Source: an uncultured archaeon
GTDB lineage: Archaea > Asgardarchaeota > Thorarchaeia > Thorarchaeales > Thorarchaeaceae
Assembly (NCBI GenBank): GCA_964354495.1
Contig: CAYHAA010000012.1
Span: 60,001 to 92,000, forward strand
Direction: 5' to 3'
DNA: 32,000 bases
Every line of letters starts with the position of its first letter. The stretch's first letter is position 1. The translations under genes were made by a program, and so were the position numbers. Below are positions 8,354 through 16,923 of this stretch, piece by piece. A model generated the notes under the pieces. That model did not search any database, had not been told where the DNA came from, and saw only the letters and a program-made list of their open reading frames with translations.

Positions 8354-9181
8354 ATGAGTGATTTTTCATCTCAAACAATCAGTCACATTGACCGCGAGTT
8401 CATAGCTGAACTTCTTGCAAAGGGAGAGAGACTCGATGGTCGTGCATTCGATCAATATCGTGATATTCAGGTCGAAGCGAATGTTGTACCTGCTAAGGCA
8501 GAAGGATCAGCTCTTGTACGACTCGGCGACACAAGTGTTGTTGCGGGCGTCAAGGTCCTTGTAGGAGAGCCCTATTCTGATGCTCCCGATGAGGGTGTCG
8601 TAATGGTGACTGCTGAAATGTCTCCAATTGCATCACCCCTATTTGAGCTCGGCCCCCCCAAAGAGGATGCAATTGAACTTGCCAGAATCGTTGACAGAGG
8701 TGTACGCGAGTCGGAGATGATCGATTCGAAGAAGCTCTGTATTCAAAAGGGCAAGAAGGTATACATGGTATTTGCAGATGTCTATCCGCTTGAATATGAT
8801 GGTAACCTCATCGATGCATCGTCGATTGCGGTGAATGTTGCTCTGCTGACGACGAAGTTTCCTGAAATGAAGGTTGAAGAGAAGGAGCTTGTCGCTACGG
8901 GTAAGATACTTCCACTTCCTGTTGCTAACATTGCAGTGGAACATACAATCGTCAAGATTGGCAAACATCTGATTCTGGATCCCACTCTTAAGGAGGAGTT
9001 CGTTCAGGATTGCCGACTCACCATGGCTATCGACGAGAAGAACAACTTCACTGCTTTCCAGAAAGGCGGAGGAACAGGTGCAATATCACTCGGTTTCATC
9101 GAGCAGGCAATGGACATGGCTCTCGTTGCAGGGAAGGACATTCGCAGGAAGATCGACGAGTCTGTAAAAGCAGTCAAATAA
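8354..9181 (+). CDS. rrp42: Exosome subunit Rrp42
   Basis: Motifs 'GERLDGRAFDQYR', 'KAEGSALVRLGDT', 'IELARIVDRGVRES' and 'YDGNLIDAS'. Start is ATG 8354 or 8345; the ORF-track start at 8246 lies inside rrp41. Confidence 0.96.
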   Translation: MSDFSSQTISHIDREFIAELLAKGERLDGRAFDQYRDIQVEANVVPAKAEGSALVRLGDTSVVAGVKVLVGEPYSDAPDEGVVMVTAEMSPIASPLFELGPPKEDAIELARIVDRGVRESEMIDSKKLCIQKGKKVYMVFADVYPLEYDGNLIDASSIAVNVALLTTKFPEMKVEEKELVATGKILPLPVANIAVEHTIVKIGKHLILDPTLKEEFVQDCRLTMAIDEKNNFTAFQKGGGTGAISLGFIEQAMDMALVAGKDIRRKIDESVKAVK

Positions 9182-9188
9182 GCCTGTG

Positions 9189-9222
9189 GAGGGCTCTAGG
9201 TCACTCTTTGAGCCTTCTTTCT
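9189..9222 (+). terminator. Possible hairpin plus pyrimidine tract after rrp42
   Basis: GAGGGCTC (9189-9196) pairs with GAGCCTTC (9210-9217) and is followed by TTTCT. Confidence 0.3.
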
Positions 9223-9325
9223 GCTTACAGACAGATATGCTAATAAGCGATTCATGCGGGCGATTGGTAGGCTCCAGCAGCCACCTCATGTAGTCCATAT
9301 ACGATACTATAAGGAGATTATACAA

Positions 9326-9730
9326 TTGGCACGAACCAAGAAGGTCGGGAGCACCGGAAGATTCGGACCACGGTATGGCGCCAAGCTACGAAGGCGAGTC
9401 CTTGATATAGAGAACAAGGCGAGCGAACCAGTCCGGTGTCCGTCATGTGCAACAAAGGCACTGAAGAGAGAAGCTGCTGGCCTCTGGAAGTGCAATAAGT
9501 GCAATCTTCTATTTGCAGGTGGTGCCTATATTCCCTTCACCGAGCCAGGAAAGGCTTCAAGGAGAGTAATCGCCCAGAGGGTTGCTGGTGACTTTCTCTC
9601 GCTTCGCGAAAACGAAGACATTGAGGATGTTCTTGATTTCTTACCCAATGTCGAAAAGGAAGAGGACGAAGTCATTCTTGATGCTGAAACTGCTTCAACA
9701 TCAGAGTCTGAAGACACTGATGACGACTAA
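9326..9730 (+). CDS. rpl37ae: 50S ribosomal protein L37Ae (eL43) with acidic C-terminal extension
   Basis: Motifs 'TKKVGSTGRFGPRYG', Zn finger 'CPSC...WKCNKC' and 'AGGAY'. TTG at 9326 with SD AAGGAG. Confidence 0.96.
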   Translation: MARTKKVGSTGRFGPRYGAKLRRRVLDIENKASEPVRCPSCATKALKREAAGLWKCNKCNLLFAGGAYIPFTEPGKASRRVIAQRVAGDFLSLRENEDIEDVLDFLPNVEKEEDEVILDAETASTSESEDTDDD

Positions 9731-9747
9731 TCTCGAGCCGATTCCAG

Positions 9748-10311
9748 TTGCCGAGTCTATTACTTACAACTTCACGGAAGACTTCAAACAGAGTTCGAAC
9801 TTTCGTTCGTGATCTGTGTTCAGTTCTACCGGGTGTTGAGCGGTTCAATCGTGGAGGAATGAGCCTCTCTGAACTCACTGCCCGGATAAACCAGAATGGC
9901 GCAAAGGCAGCCATTATTATCTCCATTTGGAAGGGCAACCCTGGTGAGATGACGATTCTCTCAAACGCTGGTCAAGAAGTCATCAACATCAGACTTGACA
10001 GTGTTCACCTTCGACGCGAGGTCTCTTCTTCTACTTCAACAAGCATTGCGAGAGCCAAGAGTGTGGTCATCAAATCGGAAAGCAGTGAGAGAGCTAAAGC
10101 GCTGGCCGATGACATTGCATCACTACTGAACCTCAATCTCTCAGAGCAGCTCAATCCCAGTGGAGCATTGACGGAGGATACGCAAAGTTTCATCTGGTTC
10201 GAAGACGATGACTCAGGAGAGATTCTTTGGACTCACTATGATGCTCATGATGGGCTTGAAATTGGACCAAGGATTCTAGTTTCTACGTTCAGGAGGAAGT
10301 GCAACGAGTGA
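9748..10311 (+). CDS. Brix/Imp4-domain ribosome biogenesis protein
   Basis: 'LLTTSRKTSNRVRTFVRDL...RFNRGGMSL' in the conserved superoperon position. Confidence 0.88.
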   Translation: MPSLLLTTSRKTSNRVRTFVRDLCSVLPGVERFNRGGMSLSELTARINQNGAKAAIIISIWKGNPGEMTILSNAGQEVINIRLDSVHLRREVSSSTSTSIARAKSVVIKSESSERAKALADDIASLLNLNLSEQLNPSGALTEDTQSFIWFEDDDSGEILWTHYDAHDGLEIGPRILVSTFRRKCNE

Positions 10312-10592
10312 CCGGTAGTGAAGTCATGAGCAGATCTGTTCTGGAAATACCTCTTGAATCAGAGCAGAAAGCAAGAATTCTATGCTCCGCCCTGACACCT
10401 GAAACAGAGTCAATTCCATCAGAGAGGGCTACGTCTACAGTCACAGTCAATGGCTCTTCTCTGATTGTTAGAATTGAGGCTAATGACCTGACCGCGATGC
10501 GTGCGTCCTTGAACTCCTATGTTGCATGGATCTCTGCATGCATGAGAACACTAGAAGGCATTGACCCGGGGAGTACTGATGCAAAGCCTTAA
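10308..10592 (+). CDS. pcc1: KEOPS complex subunit Pcc1
   Basis: 'ALTPE...RAT...LIVRIEANDLTAMRASLNSYVAWI'. GTG overlaps the Brix stop and has SD AGGAGG; an alternative ATG is at 10326. Confidence 0.88.
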   Translation: MTGSEVMSRSVLEIPLESEQKARILCSALTPETESIPSERATSTVTVNGSSLIVRIEANDLTAMRASLNSYVAWISACMRTLEGIDPGSTDAKP

Positions 10593-10654
10593 GTCACCAG
10601 TCCGAACGCGCAGTCTAAGACGGCACTACTGTCGGATTTGGGAGATACAGTATA

Positions 10655-11017
10655 ATGGCTCAGAATATACCTCCAGCATTAGAGCAGGAACTTCAGAAGT
10701 TCGATACGATGCGCAAGAACCATGAGAATATCGGCACATTGTCACAAGCGCTTCAGTCCGAACTCACTGAGGTGACGGGCACTCTTGAAGAGTTGAAGAA
10801 GCAGGCGGATGACGTTGTGACTTACAAGGCGGTAGGGCAAGTGATGTTCAAAGTAGATAAACCTACACTCGTTGCGGAACTTGATGATAGACAAAAGACC
10901 CTAGAACTGCGGCTTGCATCCACGAAGAAGCAGCTCGAGAGTCTGACTGGGAAGCTTCAAGAGCTCCAGAACAAGATACAACTTGAACTCTCTAAACAGA
11001 ATCTTCGACTCCAGTGA
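10655..11017 (+). CDS. pfdB: Prefoldin subunit beta
   Basis: Two coiled-coil helices flanking one beta-hairpin, 'TYKAVGQVMFK'. Canonical position after pcc1. Confidence 0.93.
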   Translation: MAQNIPPALEQELQKFDTMRKNHENIGTLSQALQSELTEVTGTLEELKKQADDVVTYKAVGQVMFKVDKPTLVAELDDRQKTLELRLASTKKQLESLTGKLQELQNKIQLELSKQNLRLQ

Positions 11018-11325
11018 GAGAGATGACTAACATTATCGATATCGGTCTTCCCGATATCTCTGAAGAGATTATTGAGCAGCTGGCTGAGGAATGTGAACGC
11101 CAAGTCACTGGATTCCTTCTGAAGAGGGTACCCGGGAAGAGCATCGAAGATCTATTCGTCAGCTGCGCTCTAAGCCTGGTTGACCGTCAACTGGATGTTG
11201 ATATTGGTATCGAGATTGGTCAGGGTTTTGACACTGGCATTTTGCTTGATGACGTAATCCAGGCGGCGACCGATTGGGGTGCAGAGTGGCTCGAAAAACA
11301 GCTGATGGAGCTGAAGTCAAAATGA
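11014..11325 (+). CDS. Small acidic protein, DUF3194-like
   Basis: 'IGLPDISEEIIEQLAEECE...LDVDIGIEI'. This family commonly sits between pfdB and the DHH gene. Confidence 0.65.
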   Translation: MREMTNIIDIGLPDISEEIIEQLAEECERQVTGFLLKRVPGKSIEDLFVSCALSLVDRQLDVDIGIEIGQGFDTGILLDDVIQAATDWGAEWLEKQLMELKSK

Positions 11326-12302
11326 AACTGAGGTCTCTCCTTTCAGAATCAGTGAAACCGCTAATTCTAGGTCACCAGAATGCTGATCCGGATGCAGTCT
11401 GCGCAATGATTGCGCTCTCCACACTGTACAGGATAGTCCATCCTGCAGGAACACCCATCCTCCTAGCTGATGATTTGAGCCGTCTGTCTCATCAAGTCAT
11501 AGATGCTTTCACCTCCGGTGTATCAATTCTTGAAACATCAGAAGTCGTGGGTGATCTTGTCATTCTGGTCGATACGAATAGCATATTCCAGCTTGGACCG
11601 AAACTTCAGAAAATACCACAAGACCCTAGCAAGACCATAATAATCGATCATCATGAGTATAACCCCGAGGTTGAGACTCTATCCGAACACCGACTGGTGA
11701 TGAGCGATCGTTCGTCAACCTGCGAAATCATCGTTGGTATCTTTGAGGAAGAAATGATTCACATTGACCCTGCCACTGCCAACCTCTTGCTCACAGGAAT
11801 CATTTTCGATACGAGGCGGTTCTATTTTGCAGACATTAAAACGCTTCAGACAGCCATTAGACTAATTGAATATGGTGCAGACTATGAACGATGCATCAAG
11901 GCTCTCCTGATGCGTCCAGACCGCTCCGAGAGAATAGCTCGTCTGAAGGCAGCAGGAAGAATCAAGATTCACACGATTGGGGACTGGGTGCTTGCCACTT
12001 CTACGATTAGCGCGTTCGAGGCAAGCGTGTGTAGAGCTCTCATCGATATGGGAGCCGATGCGGCAATCGTTGGTGGCAGCCCCTCAAAAGGTGTAGTGAG
12101 AGTCAGCTCACGAAGCACTCGTGAATTCTCCGCAGCAACGTCAGTCAATCTTGGCAAGGATGTGATGGAGCCTCTTGGGGATATCATTGGAGGAAAAGGT
12201 GGCGGCCATGCAAATGCAGCTGGAGCCAACGGCACGAAGGGTCTTGAAGAGGCAATTGTTAAGTCTGTAGAGATGATAAGAACAATCATAGAGAGAGCAT
12301 GA
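11322..12302 (+). CDS. DHH/DHHA1 phosphoesterase (NrnA-like nanoRNase/pAp phosphatase family)
   Basis: Motifs 'GHQNADPDA', 'LVDTN', 'IIIDHHE', 'GIIFDT' and 'GGGHANAAG'. ATG 11322 overlaps the upstream stop. Confidence 0.92.
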   Translation: MKLRSLLSESVKPLILGHQNADPDAVCAMIALSTLYRIVHPAGTPILLADDLSRLSHQVIDAFTSGVSILETSEVVGDLVILVDTNSIFQLGPKLQKIPQDPSKTIIIDHHEYNPEVETLSEHRLVMSDRSSTCEIIVGIFEEEMIHIDPATANLLLTGIIFDTRRFYFADIKTLQTAIRLIEYGADYERCIKALLMRPDRSERIARLKAAGRIKIHTIGDWVLATSTISAFEASVCRALIDMGADAAIVGGSPSKGVVRVSSRSTREFSAATSVNLGKDVMEPLGDIIGGKGGGHANAAGANGTKGLEEAIVKSVEMIRTIIERA

Positions 12303-12334
12303 GCCCTCAAGTGAATCCTAGGAGATCATAGTCA

Positions 12335-13177
12335 ATGTCATTGATTGAGTTTCAGGACTTCAGTTTCAAATATTATGGGACTGATTTCCTTGCACTCAAG
12401 AAGATCAATTTGACTATTGACGAGGGTGAATACATCGTTATCACGGGACCCAGCGGATGTGGCAAGACTACACTGTGCAGAACTATCAACGGACTTGTGC
12501 CACAGTTTCATCGTGGATACATTGCTGGGAATGTCATTGTCAACGGAATGAACACCCGCGACCATACAGTGGCGGAAATGGCCACAATTGCAGGACTTGT
12601 CTTTCAACAACCAGAGAACCAACTTGTCACACTCAACGTCGAGAAAGAGATTGCATTTGGCCCTGAAAATCTCGGTGTAGAGCCAGCAGAGATACGCCGC
12701 AGGGTGGAGGAGCTAATCGATCTCTTGGAGCTTGAGCATCTTCGAAACAAGCATCCTCACGAGATGTCAGGAGGGGAGCAGCAACGGGTTGCAATAGCAT
12801 CGACACTGGCGCTCAAACCGAAGATACTCGTTGCTGACGAACCCACATCAAATCTTGATCCGAAGAGCGCCGAGATGATTCTGAATATTATCTCTGGATT
12901 GAATAAGCGAGATATGACTGTTCTCCTGGTGGAACATCGTCTGGATCTTGTGTCGAGAGATGCAAGCCGGATTGTCCTCATGAATGAGGGAAGAATCGTT
13001 GCTGATGGTCCGCCCAGAGATGTTCTTGCGATGGATCTGTGTCAAGAGATTGGTGTCGGTGTACCCAAGGCAACTCTTGTCTATAGGAGTCTGAGAGAGC
13101 GAGGTATACGCCTAGGAAACGTTCCGCTCAGTGGGCAAGAACTAGCCCAAATGGTGAAGGAGGCGGCCCGCCCGTGA
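12335..13177 (+). CDS. ecfA1: ECF transporter ATPase EcfA
   Basis: Motifs 'GPSGCGKTT', 'GLVFQQPENQL', 'EIAFGPENLG', 'MSGGEQQR' and 'DEPTSNLDP'. Confidence 0.93.
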   Translation: MSLIEFQDFSFKYYGTDFLALKKINLTIDEGEYIVITGPSGCGKTTLCRTINGLVPQFHRGYIAGNVIVNGMNTRDHTVAEMATIAGLVFQQPENQLVTLNVEKEIAFGPENLGVEPAEIRRRVEELIDLLELEHLRNKHPHEMSGGEQQRVAIASTLALKPKILVADEPTSNLDPKSAEMILNIISGLNKRDMTVLLVEHRLDLVSRDASRIVLMNEGRIVADGPPRDVLAMDLCQEIGVGVPKATLVYRSLRERGIRLGNVPLSGQELAQMVKEAARP

Positions 13178-13998
13178 TAATGACTGAGAGTGTTCATTTT
13201 GCCTATGAGGGCATCTATACCGCCTTACGGGGGGTCTCTCTTCAGATTGATGATGGCGAGAGAGTCGCCATAGTGGGCGCGAATGGCGCTGGAAAAACCA
13301 CACTTGTGAAGCATCTCAACGGTCTTCTTCGCCCACACAGTGGAAGGGTCATCCTTGATGGTGTTGATACAAAGCAATATTCCGTTGCTGAATTGGCTAG
13401 ACAAGTCGGCCTTGTGATGCAGAATCCTGATCACCAGCTGTTCCTTGACAGTGTGGAGAAGGAGGTTCTCTTTGGTCTCAAACAGCTCGGATTTTCTGAG
13501 GAGATTGCAAGAGAGCGATGCAAAACAACTCTATCGAATCTTGGCATAAGCAGTCTATCAGATCGCTCCCCATTCACCCTCTCTGGCGGCGAGAGAAAAC
13601 GAGTAGCCCTGGCCTCAGTGCTCGCCACAGAACCCCGTGTACTAGTACTCGATGAACCAACAATTGGTCAGGATGCACGACAGAAGGAGAATCTCGCACG
13701 CATGCTTAGAGACCTCAATGAGACCGGGAGAACTGTCATTGTCGTGACGCATGACATCGAGTTCGTTATCGAGAACTTTCCGAGAACTATTGCCATGGCA
13801 AATGGCACAGTGGTCGCAGACGGCCCAACGAACTCAGTCTTGAGCAATGATGCAGTCATTGAACGATGTTCGCTCACTACTCCACAACTCACACTTGCAG
13901 CGAGGTCAATTCACACCTCATTTCCTGATGTCTCTGAACGCCTGACACTCTTGTCCAATCTTGAAGAGGAAATCGAACGAGTCCTGGGAGGTGTCTAG
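13174..13998 (+). CDS. ecfA2: ECF transporter ATPase EcfA'
   Basis: Motifs 'GANGAGKTT', 'QNPDHQLF', 'SPFTLSGGERKR' and 'DEPTIGQD'. Confidence 0.93.
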   Translation: MIMTESVHFAYEGIYTALRGVSLQIDDGERVAIVGANGAGKTTLVKHLNGLLRPHSGRVILDGVDTKQYSVAELARQVGLVMQNPDHQLFLDSVEKEVLFGLKQLGFSEEIARERCKTTLSNLGISSLSDRSPFTLSGGERKRVALASVLATEPRVLVLDEPTIGQDARQKENLARMLRDLNETGRTVIVVTHDIEFVIENFPRTIAMANGTVVADGPTNSVLSNDAVIERCSLTTPQLTLAARSIHTSFPDVSERLTLLSNLEEEIERVLGGV

Positions 13999-13999
13999 T

Positions 14000-14761
14000 C
14001 TGTCATTTCTCGAAGTATTCCAATATACCCACCAAGACTCCATAATCCATCATCTGGATCCGCGCGCGAAGCTCCTCATGTCGATTGTATCCGCGATTAT
14101 TTCTCTGTCATTCCTAGAGATACTGCCCCTCCTGATCATCCTTGCAGTATTGATTCCCTTGCTTATCGCTGCGAAGTCATTCAAGCGATGGCTACGAAGT
14201 ATGAAGGGGCTCTCCGTATTACTCGTGTTCATTCTCGTGGTCAACACGCTCCTCTTAACAAGCCCATACCCATTCAACCATTCGGTCGCTCTTACCCTGA
14301 GGTTAGTGGCCCTCATGACCTCTTTCTCAATTTTCTTCCTCACGGTCCATCCCGATGAGCTCTCGCAGGCGTTGATTCAGATGCGGGTTCGGTTCGAGTT
14401 TGCATTTGCCATGAGTATGGCAATGAGGTATGTACCTACTCTCGGCCAAGAGGCATATGCAATCATGGATGCTCAAAAGGCTCGCGGAGTGGAGCTTGAT
14501 AAGGGAAATCCATTGAAACGTATCCGAAACATAGTACCGATCATAGTACCTCTCATTATTGTATCAATTCGTAGAGCGCTGTCAATCGCAGAGAGCATGG
14601 AATCAAGAGGATTCGGCGCAAGTCCCAGTAGAACATACATGAATAGGCTCTTCTTCAAGAAGCGAGACTGGGCAGTAGTGTTCATCTCCTTGCTTGTTCT
14701 ATTTATCTCAATCTACATTCGTTTCTACATAACCCTGCCAGTCTGGTCTATTCCCTTCTAG
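14000..14761 (+). CDS. ecfT: ECF transporter transmembrane subunit EcfT (CbiQ-like); start uncertain (CTG 14000 or GTG 13991)
   Basis: Motifs 'HHLDPRAKL', 'AMRYVPTL...AQKARG' and 'AESMESRGF', plus TM helices. Confidence 0.9.
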   Translation: MSFLEVFQYTHQDSIIHHLDPRAKLLMSIVSAIISLSFLEILPLLIILAVLIPLLIAAKSFKRWLRSMKGLSVLLVFILVVNTLLLTSPYPFNHSVALTLRLVALMTSFSIFFLTVHPDELSQALIQMRVRFEFAFAMSMAMRYVPTLGQEAYAIMDAQKARGVELDKGNPLKRIRNIVPIIVPLIIVSIRRALSIAESMESRGFGASPSRTYMNRLFFKKRDWAVVFISLLVLFISIYIRFYITLPVWSIPF

Positions 14762-14823
14762 CCTGAATCAATCAACTCTCTTTTAAGGCAGTTCCTGAGG
14801 AAATCCAACAAGGATAGAGCCGA

Positions 14824-16167
14824 TTGATTCAATCTGATAGAGTCATCACGATGAAGGAGCGTGAAGTTGCTCGAGGTGAGTTTGTTCTCTACTGGATGCA
14901 GGCTTCACAGAGAGTTGAGTACAATCATGCTCTTGAATATGCGATCCACCGAGCCAACTCAGTGCACTTGCCACTTCTTGTCACCTTCTGCCTTGCCGAT
15001 GAGTTTCCAGATGCAAATGCATCACACTATCAGTTCATGCTTGAGGGGCTTCAGCAGGTCAACACAAGTCTGGAAGAAGATGGTATTGGGTTCATAGTAC
15101 AACTTGGTGAACCTGCCCATGTAGTTCCTGAGATATCTGCAAACGCGGCATTGCTGGTCACTGACCGTGACTATCTTCGAATGCAGAGAAAATGGAGGCA
15201 ATCGACCATCGAATCTGTTGATTGTCCTGTCTATCAAATCGAATCCAATGCTATTATTCCAATCGAAACAGTGTCGAACAAAGAGGAGTACTCTGCCGGG
15301 ACCCTCCGCCCCAAGATGCAGAGAGTGTTGCGGGAATACTTCACTCCCTTGAGCCATCACAGGATTGAGAGGAAATGTCCTGACCTTGGATTCAAGGGGC
15401 TGGACATCACTAGTGTTTCTGATGTCATGAGTCACCTGAAACTCGAGAACTCCGCGGAACAGCAGGTCCGTTTCCATGGCGGACCAATGAGCGCAAAACG
15501 CGAGCTCCAGAGCTTCATTCGGAACAAACTCAATCAGTTTGGCGATTTACGCAATGATCCCTCTCTTGATTATCTATCGAATATGAGTCCCTACCTTCAT
15601 TTTGGAAACATATCTCCACTCTTTGTCGCTCTTGAGATACGGAGGGCAGGAGGTCCAGGAGCGGCATCATATCTTGAGGAACTAATAGTGCGCAGGGAGT
15701 TGAGTCTGAATTTTGTATACTTCAACAGAAACTATGATAATCCTGAGTGTCTTCCAAAATGGGCTAAGGAGTCCTTAGAACTACATGCCTTCGATCCCAG
15801 GGAGTACTCTTATTCTTTCAGTGACTTGGAACAGGCAAAGACGCACGACCCGTATTGGAATGCGGCTCAGACTGAAATGGTTCGATTTGGAAAAATGCAT
15901 GGCTACATGCGGATGTACTGGGGCAAGAAGATCTTGGAATGGACTGAGTCGCATTTTGTCGCATTTGAAACAGCTCTCAGGCTCAACAATATGTACGAAT
16001 TAGATGGTAGGGATCCAAATGGGTATGCGGGTGTCGCATGGTGCTTTGGCAAGCATGATAGAGCTTGGAGCGAACGTCCAATTTTCGGCAAGGTCCGGTA
16101 TATGAATGATAGAGGACTTGAGAGGAAGTTCGATGTCGATTCCTATGTTACTGCGATTTTGCAGTGA
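14824..16167 (+). CDS. phr: Class II CPD photolyase
   Basis: Motifs 'LYWMQASQRVEYNHAL', 'SNMSPYLHFG', 'EELIVRREL', 'HDPYWNAAQ', 'KMHGYMRMYWGKKILEW', 'LDGRDPNGY' and 'RPIFGKVRYM'. Confidence 0.95.
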   Translation: MIQSDRVITMKEREVARGEFVLYWMQASQRVEYNHALEYAIHRANSVHLPLLVTFCLADEFPDANASHYQFMLEGLQQVNTSLEEDGIGFIVQLGEPAHVVPEISANAALLVTDRDYLRMQRKWRQSTIESVDCPVYQIESNAIIPIETVSNKEEYSAGTLRPKMQRVLREYFTPLSHHRIERKCPDLGFKGLDITSVSDVMSHLKLENSAEQQVRFHGGPMSAKRELQSFIRNKLNQFGDLRNDPSLDYLSNMSPYLHFGNISPLFVALEIRRAGGPGAASYLEELIVRRELSLNFVYFNRNYDNPECLPKWAKESLELHAFDPREYSYSFSDLEQAKTHDPYWNAAQTEMVRFGKMHGYMRMYWGKKILEWTESHFVAFETALRLNNMYELDGRDPNGYAGVAWCFGKHDRAWSERPIFGKVRYMNDRGLERKFDVDSYVTAILQ

Positions 16168-16249
16168 TTTGACATGGCTGACTACACCCAGACATGATTT
16201 ATCTTAACAAAGAGCTAATACATTCTGACGTTCGGTAGGTGAAACAGCC

Positions 16250-16816
16250 TTGCAGTTGACCATGAGGAAGAAGTATGCTGTAAAGGATGTCATGAATGAT
16301 TTGAAGAAGATAGGCCCGTCTCCTGGTCTGCTTTGTGAGGTAGGTTCGAAATTGATCTACTTTGAATGGAGTTCCTGCGAGAATCTTCTTGGAACCAATC
16401 ATCCTGTCACTGTACACCTCAGAGAAGCACTCGACTTCATGGAACATGGGTATGAACGACTGCTAGTCGAAGGTGAGCTCTGGAGAATCAAGGACACGCC
16501 ACAGACTGCGATCAACGACTTTCTCAAGGGTCGCCCTGCCGAGTTTCTTGACTACCCATTGGATCGACCCGTGGAATATATCAGAAGTCTTCTCGAGTCC
16601 GTAGCAGCAGCAAGACAGGAAGAGGTCAAACACTACAAACAGATGGAGGCGGGGATCCGTCAAGAGATAGAGGCAGACTCCAAGAATCCCCAGCTGTGGA
16701 ACAAGTTGCGTCTTCTTCTCTGGATGATTGGGGACTACAATGAGGCAAGCGAGGCATTCAAGACTGCCAAGAGCCTTGGTTGGTCCAAGGAAAAGAGCGC
16801 AATAGTGGCTCTGTGA
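16250..16816 (+). CDS. Hypothetical protein with one C-terminal TPR-like motif
   Basis: TTG start with SD AGGTGA. 'NPQLWNKLRLLLWMIGDYNEASEAFKTA' fits a TPR helix pair. Confidence 0.65.
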   Translation: MQLTMRKKYAVKDVMNDLKKIGPSPGLLCEVGSKLIYFEWSSCENLLGTNHPVTVHLREALDFMEHGYERLLVEGELWRIKDTPQTAINDFLKGRPAEFLDYPLDRPVEYIRSLLESVAAARQEEVKHYKQMEAGIRQEIEADSKNPQLWNKLRLLLWMIGDYNEASEAFKTAKSLGWSKEKSAIVAL

Positions 16817-16923
16817 ACGGATGCAGCAGTCATCCTCTGACAACTCGGGAAGATGTAAATACGAGCAACTGACTGTCTGTTCGGGGATGCACAATCAGAA
16901 CCAGTGAAGGCTCCGGAAACACA

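Noticed and set aside
9586-9748. Possibility that the eL43 extension is a fused or hidden rpoP
   Set aside because: The tail has no Cys or Zn-ribbon motif, and no such ORF exists in other frames.
10598-10640. Hairpin between pcc1 and pfdB (CCAGTCCGA/TCGGATTTGG)
   Set aside because: Short and imperfect, within chance expectation at this GC content.
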